Below, piece by piece: positions 59,002-64,000 of a stretch of DNA of 64,000 nt; the first letter of the stretch is position 1; each line of letters begins with the position of its first letter. This stretch comes from Acidobacteriota bacterium (GTDB lineage Bacteria; Acidobacteriota; Thermoanaerobaculia; UBA5066; Gp7-AA6), in the NCBI GenBank assembly GCA_039933215.1, contig JBDTOO010000004.1:5844-69843 (forward strand), in the 5' to 3' direction. The notes under the pieces were generated by a model. That model had not been told where the DNA came from and did not search any database. It saw nothing but the letters and a program-made list of their open reading frames with translations. The translations under genes and the position numbers were made by a program.

Positions 59002-61325
59002 CTCTTCTCCCGTTTGCCCCTGGCGACGACGAACAATCCGATCGCCCCGTACAGTCCCGGGCCGAGGCCGGACTCGGGCCAGCCGGGCAACCGCTCCTCC
59101 CACTCGACGCGGTGGACTCCCGCGGGCAGCGCGAGCGCCGAATAGGCGAGCTGCGCCGGGACCGGCCCGACCTCGCGGCCGTCGACCCGCACGCGGCGGT
59201 GGGTCCAGAAACCGCGCAGGACGAAGAGCCACCCGGGCCGGGGGCCGCCGGCGTCGAGGACGAGCTTCTCGGGCCGATCGGACAGGACCCGCAGGCTTCT
59301 CTCTCCGGCGGTTCCCCGGGCGTCGCGCCCCGACTCGACGACGACCTCGCCTCCCGCGAGCGCCGGCAGGGTGCGAAACGCCTCGACGGGACCCGGCGTC
59401 TCTCTCCACGACCCGGCGAGACGGATGGCGGGAAGCGCCCCCGGGAGCTCGTCCCAGTCCTGGAGCGCGTCGCCCCCCGTGCGGCGGTAGCCGGGCAGGG
59501 CTTCCTGGTCCCGGTACCGGACGCCGAAGCGCAACCCGAGGGATCCGAAGAGCCCCTCCCCCCAGGCCTCCTGCGAGGCGCCGCCCGCGATCCGCCGCAG
59601 GCTCACGAGCCGCGAGAGATCCCCTTCGTCGAAGTCGTACTGGAGAACCGTTCCTCGCCCCCAGAGCTGGTGGGTCTGCTGATACCAGCCGCGGCGCCCG
59701 TCGTCGACGCCCGCCTGGTCCGCCTCGTCGTTGGCTTTCCAGACCGGCGAGAGCGGACGGAAGAGCGATTCCCCGAGCACCCGGAACCGGCCCGCCGGAT
59801 CAAGCCGGGCGACGTGCCGGGCGTACGCAGTGGGCGCGAGGACGTTCGCCTCGGGAAGGGAGAACGGAATCCGCAGCGTCGCCGCGATCGGAACCGCGGT
59901 GAAGAGCAGGAGCGCCGCCGCGGCCGGGGCGGGCCGGCGGGATCGGCGCGCGAGCAGATCGATCGCGATCCCCGTCGCGATCCACAGGAGCCCCGCCTCG
60001 GCGAGCGCGGCGGGAATGCGCCGCGCGGCGACGGCGGCGAGATCCGGCGGCGCGTCGGCGAGACGGGCGAGCGCCGGGTCCGTTCCGACCGCCGCCACCG
60101 CGAGGGCCCCCGCGGGCCGGCCGACGAGGGCGACGCCCACGGCGAGAGCCGCGCAGAGGGCGGCGGCGGCGAGAGGCCATCGAGGCCGGACCGCGATCCG
60201 CCGCAGGCCGTCCCACGCGAGACCGGCGAGGACGGCGAGGGCGAAGACCGTCAACACGGTGAACTTCTCCGGGTTGCGCAGCGGGATCGGCGACGCCGAG
60301 CCGCTCCACGCCTTCGGAAGCAGGCTGCCGGGGATTGCGAGCAGGAGCGAGAGCGCGAGCGTCCAGCGGGCGAACCTCACTGGTATCCCTCGATCGCGCC
60401 AGAGGAGCGGAAGCGCGACGACGGAGAGGGAGCCCGCGAAGAGCGTCGCGTGGAACCCGAGGGTCTTGTAGTGGAAGACGGGCCATCCCCACGTCTCCCA
60501 CCGCGAGAGCGCCGCCGTGGCGCCGAACGGATACGGGATCGCCAGCTCCAGGAGGCGCCACGGCGACAGCGAGAAGAGCAGCGCGTCGCCGAGCGTCAGT
60601 CCGGTGATCCCGCGGGCGGTCTCCGGCGCCCAGAGGAGCGTTGCCGCGAGCTGCGGCGCCGCCAGGAGTCCGCCGAGGAGCAGACCGAGGAGGAGCGCGG
60701 CCACGCGCTGCTCCCCGCGTCCCGCGAGCACGAGGAAGACGCCGCAGGCGAAGAGAGCCATCCCCGCTCCGAAGGGGTCGCCCGCGAGCCCCGCCAGCCC
60801 GAAGAGTCCGCCGAGCCCGATCGCGCGCCTTCCGACGGAAAGCCCCGGCCGGGCGAAGACACCGACGATCCAGGGGATGAGCGCGGTTCCGGGATGCAGG
60901 TTGGGAAAGAAAACCATCCCTACCCCGACGCCCGAGAACACGTAGGCGACCGCCGCGATCCAGCCGGCCGCCGCGGAGGCGCCGAGGGCGGAGAGGAGGA
61001 GGAGCATCCCGATTCCGGCGCCGAGCCAGTGAATTACGGGAAAGAGGCGCATCGCCGCCGGGAACGGAAGCGGCGCGAGAAGGATCCGGACGGGATAGAG
61101 CGCTCCCGCGTTGGGGTTCGGCGCGAGCGGCCGTCCTCCCGAAATCCCCGGCGACCACACGGGGATCTTCCCGCGGGACCACGCGTCGTGGACGGCGCGC
61201 TCCATGGGGAGGTTGTAGACGGTGAGATCGCGCCCCGCGTAGATCCGCCGGAAGAAGATCGGGTCCGCGTGGCACGCGATCACGAGGAGCGCGAAGAGAG
61301 CCGCGAGCCCGATCCGGTTTCTCAT
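58998..61325 (-). CDS. large polytopic membrane protein (775 aa), YfhO-like / putative GT-C glycosyltransferase, paralog A
   Basis: The ORF-track 1547-aa ORF was split. ATG at 61325 with an ATGA overlap to paralog B. N-terminal GRDLxxYxLPxExAxHxAxxRGxxPxW motif shared with the paralogs. Confidence 0.45.
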   Translation of the reverse strand: MRNRIGLAALFALLVIACHADPIFFRRIYAGRDLTVYNLPMERAVHDAWSRGKIPVWSPGISGGRPLAPNPNAGALYPVRILLAPLPFPAAMRLFPVIHWLGAGIGMLLLLSALGASAAAGWIAAVAYVFSGVGVGMVFFPNLHPGTALIPWIVGVFARPGLSVGRRAIGLGGLFGLAGLAGDPFGAGMALFACGVFLVLAGRGEQRVAALLLGLLLGGLLAAPQLAATLLWAPETARGITGLTLGDALLFSLSPWRLLELAIPYPFGATAALSRWETWGWPVFHYKTLGFHATLFAGSLSVVALPLLWRDRGIPVRFARWTLALSLLLAIPGSLLPKAWSGSASPIPLRNPEKFTVLTVFALAVLAGLAWDGLRRIAVRPRWPLAAAALCAALAVGVALVGRPAGALAVAAVGTDPALARLADAPPDLAAVAARRIPAALAEAGLLWIATGIAIDLLARRSRRPAPAAAALLLFTAVPIAATLRIPFSLPEANVLAPTAYARHVARLDPAGRFRVLGESLFRPLSPVWKANDEADQAGVDDGRRGWYQQTHQLWGRGTVLQYDFDEGDLSRLVSLRRIAGGASQEAWGEGLFGSLGLRFGVRYRDQEALPGYRRTGGDALQDWDELPGALPAIRLAGSWRETPGPVEAFRTLPALAGGEVVVESGRDARGTAGERSLRVLSDRPEKLVLDAGGPRPGWLFVLRGFWTHRRVRVDGREVGPVPAQLAYSALALPAGVHRVEWEERLPGWPESGLGPGLYGAIGLFVVARGKREKR

Positions 61326-63664
61326 CGGACGGCGGAGGCGTCGGCCGGAGGCGCCGAGTCCGGCCGGCGCCTCGCGCGGAAGAAGATGAGGGCGAACGCC
61401 AGCGCGAACAGGACCGGTCCCCACGCCGAGAGCGGGACGCCCGGCATCTCCTCGATCCATTCGACCTCGTGCCGGCCCGGCGGCACGGCGATGGCGCTGA
61501 AGGCGAGCTGGGCGGGAAAGACCTCCACGGCCCGGCCGTCCAGCCGGACGGTGCGGTAAGGCCAGAAACCGCGCAGGACGAAGAGCCACGCGGGATCCGG
61601 AGTCGCGACCCGGAGAGACATCCGCTCGGAGGTCTTCTCGAGGACGTCGATCCGGCCGGGGCGCGCCCGGCCGCGCGCCGGCGTCCCGCTCTCGATGACC
61701 ACTTCGTCCGGAGCCAGGCCGCGGATGGCCGCGACGGCCTCCCGCGAGCCGGGCACCTCCGTCCACGCGGGCAGGAGGCGCACGTCCGGAAAGGCGCGCT
61801 CGTGCTCCTCCCAGTCCTCGAGGGCGTTGCCGCCGATGCGGCGATATCCGGGCGGGGGCTCCTGACCCCGGTACCGCACGGCGAATCGCAGCCCGAGCGC
61901 CCCGTAGAAGGGCCCCGAGTCCCGATAGCGCGCCGCGGCCTCGGAGAGGCGCCGCAGGCTGTAGGCCCGCGACAGATCTCCGGCGTCGTAGTCGTCGGTC
62001 AGAACCGTGCCGCGCCGCCAGAGGACGGACGCGTACTGGCCCCAGAAGCGCCGGACGAATTCCAGGTAGCCCGGATCCGTGCCCAGGTAACGCGCCGATT
62101 CGGCGGGATCGAGCGAGGTGCCGAGCGTCCGGTAGGCGCGGTCGGGGTCCCGGCGGTCGAGATACCGCGCGAACGCCGTCGGCGCGAAGATCTCCTCCTC
62201 GCGAAAGTCCGGCGCGACGCGGCGGTTGGCGGCGATCGGGATCGCGGCGAGAAGAAGGAGCGCGCCGACGCGGAAGACGCGCCGCCCGACCCAGTCGAGC
62301 GCGAGGATCGTGGCCATCCACAGAAGTCCCGCTTCCGCGAGCGCGCCCGGCAGCGCCGCCGACGCCAGCGGCGCGAGCTCGCGCCCCTCCCCCACCGCCG
62401 CCACGGCGGCGCGCCCCGCGGGGCCGGGAAAGAACGCCGCGGCGGCCGCACACGCGGCGAGCGCCGCGCCGACGGCGATCCCGGGCCGGGCGGCCAGAGG
62501 CTTCTCGCGGATCCGGTCGTAGGCGATCGCGACGAGGATCGCGAGCGCGAGCACGACCGCCACCATTACCTTCTCGGGATAGCGCAGGGGCACCGGCGAG
62601 ACGCTCTCCCCCCAGCGGCGGAAGAGCGGGTAGGGGAGGATCGCGGCGGCGAGACCCAGCAGGAAGAGAGCGCGCGCGAACCGCGAGCCGGACGCGCGCG
62701 ACCGCCAGGCCACCACGACGGCGATCACCGCGAAAGCCCCGGCGTAGAGAGTGGTGAAGAAGCCGATGGCCTTGCCCTGCAGCGTGGATCGGCCCCAGAC
62801 CGAGAGGACGTCGATGTCCCAGGTCGGGCCGAAGAGATACGGCACCACGAGCTCCAGGAGCCGCCACGGCGAGACGGAAAAAGTCAGGACGTCCTTGACC
62901 TTCAGACCCTGGATCGCGCGCTCCGTCAACGGAATCCAGAGCGCGCTCGCGACGATCTGCGGCGCGGCGAGGAGCGCCCCGAGCGCGCCCGCGGCGGCGA
63001 GCTCCACGATCCGGGAGATCCGCGTCGGACGCTCCGTCTCGAACAGGATCCACACCGCGGCGGCCACGGCCGCGAGGCCGATCGTGAAAACGTCCCCGGC
63101 GTACATGTCGAGTCCGAAGAGGACGGACGCCGTGAACAGCCGCGACAGGCGGGTCGCGCCGGGCCGGGCGATCGCCCAGACGATCCACGGCAGGAGCGCC
63201 ATCCCGGGCTGGATGTTCGTGTAGAACGCCTCGGACACGCCGACGCCGGAGAACACGTACGTCACGGACGCCAGCCAGGAGGCCTCCCTCGACGCGCCGG
63301 CCGCGCGCGCCAGGAACATCGCCCCGAGGCCGGCCGCGATCCAGTGGAGAACGGGAAAGAGCCGCGCCGCGAGGGGGAACGGGAAGACCGACAGGAGAGG
63401 ACGCACGGGATAAAGAGCGCCCGTGTTGGGGTTGGCGAGCAGCGGTCGCCCGCCGGAGATCTCCGCAACCCAGACGGGGAGCCGGCCGCGCCCGTACGCG
63501 GCGTGGATCGCGCTCTCGACGGGCAGGTGGTACGAGAGCAGGTCGCGGCCGCCGAAGTTGCGCCGGACGAAGAGCGGGTTCGCGTAGACCGCGACGACGA
63601 GGACCGTGAAGAGAAGCGCCGGCGTCGCGCGCGCGTTCCAACGTGCCCCCCTGCGCGTCGCCAT
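61322..63664 (-). CDS. large polytopic membrane protein (780 aa), YfhO-like / putative GT-C glycosyltransferase, paralog B
   Basis: Collinear with paralog A at about 45% identity by eye. ATG at 63664 preferred over the TTG at 63700. Confidence 0.45.
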   Translation of the reverse strand: MATRRGARWNARATPALLFTVLVVAVYANPLFVRRNFGGRDLLSYHLPVESAIHAAYGRGRLPVWVAEISGGRPLLANPNTGALYPVRPLLSVFPFPLAARLFPVLHWIAAGLGAMFLARAAGASREASWLASVTYVFSGVGVSEAFYTNIQPGMALLPWIVWAIARPGATRLSRLFTASVLFGLDMYAGDVFTIGLAAVAAAVWILFETERPTRISRIVELAAAGALGALLAAPQIVASALWIPLTERAIQGLKVKDVLTFSVSPWRLLELVVPYLFGPTWDIDVLSVWGRSTLQGKAIGFFTTLYAGAFAVIAVVVAWRSRASGSRFARALFLLGLAAAILPYPLFRRWGESVSPVPLRYPEKVMVAVVLALAILVAIAYDRIREKPLAARPGIAVGAALAACAAAAAFFPGPAGRAAVAAVGEGRELAPLASAALPGALAEAGLLWMATILALDWVGRRVFRVGALLLLAAIPIAANRRVAPDFREEEIFAPTAFARYLDRRDPDRAYRTLGTSLDPAESARYLGTDPGYLEFVRRFWGQYASVLWRRGTVLTDDYDAGDLSRAYSLRRLSEAAARYRDSGPFYGALGLRFAVRYRGQEPPPGYRRIGGNALEDWEEHERAFPDVRLLPAWTEVPGSREAVAAIRGLAPDEVVIESGTPARGRARPGRIDVLEKTSERMSLRVATPDPAWLFVLRGFWPYRTVRLDGRAVEVFPAQLAFSAIAVPPGRHEVEWIEEMPGVPLSAWGPVLFALAFALIFFRARRRPDSAPPADASAVR

Positions 63665-64000
63665 GTGTGAAGTGAAGCTAGGATACGGCATCGGATCCAA
63701 ACCGCCAAACGCCGGTCTGCCGGCTCGAGAGCGCGCCGCCGCGATCGGAGTCGCGTTGCTCGCGGCGCTCTCCGTCGCAGGCCGTCTCTTCTTCCTTCTC
63801 CGGCGACCGGTGTGGCACGACGAGATCTACACCGTCTGGGTGTCGCGGCGGTCCGCGGCGTCCCTGGTCGCGGCGCTGCGGGCGGATTCCGGGCCGCCTC
63901 TCTACTACCTGCTCGCGCGGCCTTTCGTGGTGATCGCGGAAGCGCTCGCGCTCCCCGACTCCTTCGCCCGGCTTCTCTGTTTCGCCGCGATCATACTGAC
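63663..64000 (+). CDS. GT39/GT83 (ArnT/PMT-like) family glycosyltransferase, N-terminal part only; continues past the window end
   Basis: My own translation: MCEVKLGYG ... AAIGVALLAALSVAGRLFFLLRRPVWHDEIYTVWVSRR ... PPLYYLLARPFVV. The PxWxDExYT-type first-loop motif is typical of the family. Confidence 0.5.
   Translation, partial: MCEVKLGYGIGSKPPNAGLPARERAAAIGVALLAALSVAGRLFFLLRRPVWHDEIYTVWVSRRSAASLVAALRADSGPPLYYLLARPFVVIAEALALPDSFARLLCFAAIIL

Noticed and set aside
58998-63641. Single 1547-aa ORF in the track
   Set aside because: Its first roughly 770 aa in this frame are junk. The true products are two paralogous membrane proteins in different frames (58998..61325 and 61322..63664).

Overview
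This is a 64-kb, roughly 70% GC bacterial chromosomal segment. Gene content suggests Acidobacteriota (a GWxTD protein, a TonB-dependent receptor with a carboxypeptidase-regulatory domain, and PilY1 and TPR secreted proteins); the phylum call is inference only. Genes are densely packed, and many neighbours overlap by 4 nt (ATGA, GTGA or TTGA start-stop overlaps).

The left half is mostly housekeeping or accessory metabolism:
- A partial S9 peptidase/TolB-like beta-propeller gene.
- A tight minus-strand operon of rmlA, rfbB and rfbD with a polyprenol-kinase-like/DUF92 fusion and a UbiA prenyltransferase.
- lptD, the scoAB CoA-transferase genes, a methyltransferase and a thiolase.
- ruvX and mltG.
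- A pseudokinase fused to a TonB C-terminal domain.
- A DsbA-like thioredoxin protein, a GWxTD protein, an AlkP/sulfatase-TPR protein and a TonB-dependent receptor.
- A split acyl-CoA carboxylase (pccB, biotin carboxylase, separate BCCP).
- A TldD/PmbA pair and selA.

The right 28 kb is a type IV pilus region:
- A minor-pilin operon (fimT/gspH-like, pilV, pilW, pilX) ending in a 1841-aa PilY1 that carries a roughly 260-aa Thr/Pro tandem-repeat tract, plus a secreted protein and an NtrC-family regulator.
- A HEAT-repeat::PilT fusion followed by a canonical pilT.
- A PilS-like sensor kinase and prepilin peptidase pilD.
- Three tandem PilA/GspG-like pilins (two are near-identical 475-bp copies) with a sigma-54-like promoter and rho-independent terminators.
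- Three paralogous large YfhO-like polytopic membrane proteins, an M20 peptidase, and the start of a GT39/ArnT-like glycosyltransferase.

Taken together, the pilin genes and GT-C-type membrane proteins suggest a pilus O-glycosylation system. No rRNA, tRNA, CRISPR array or obvious transposon was found.
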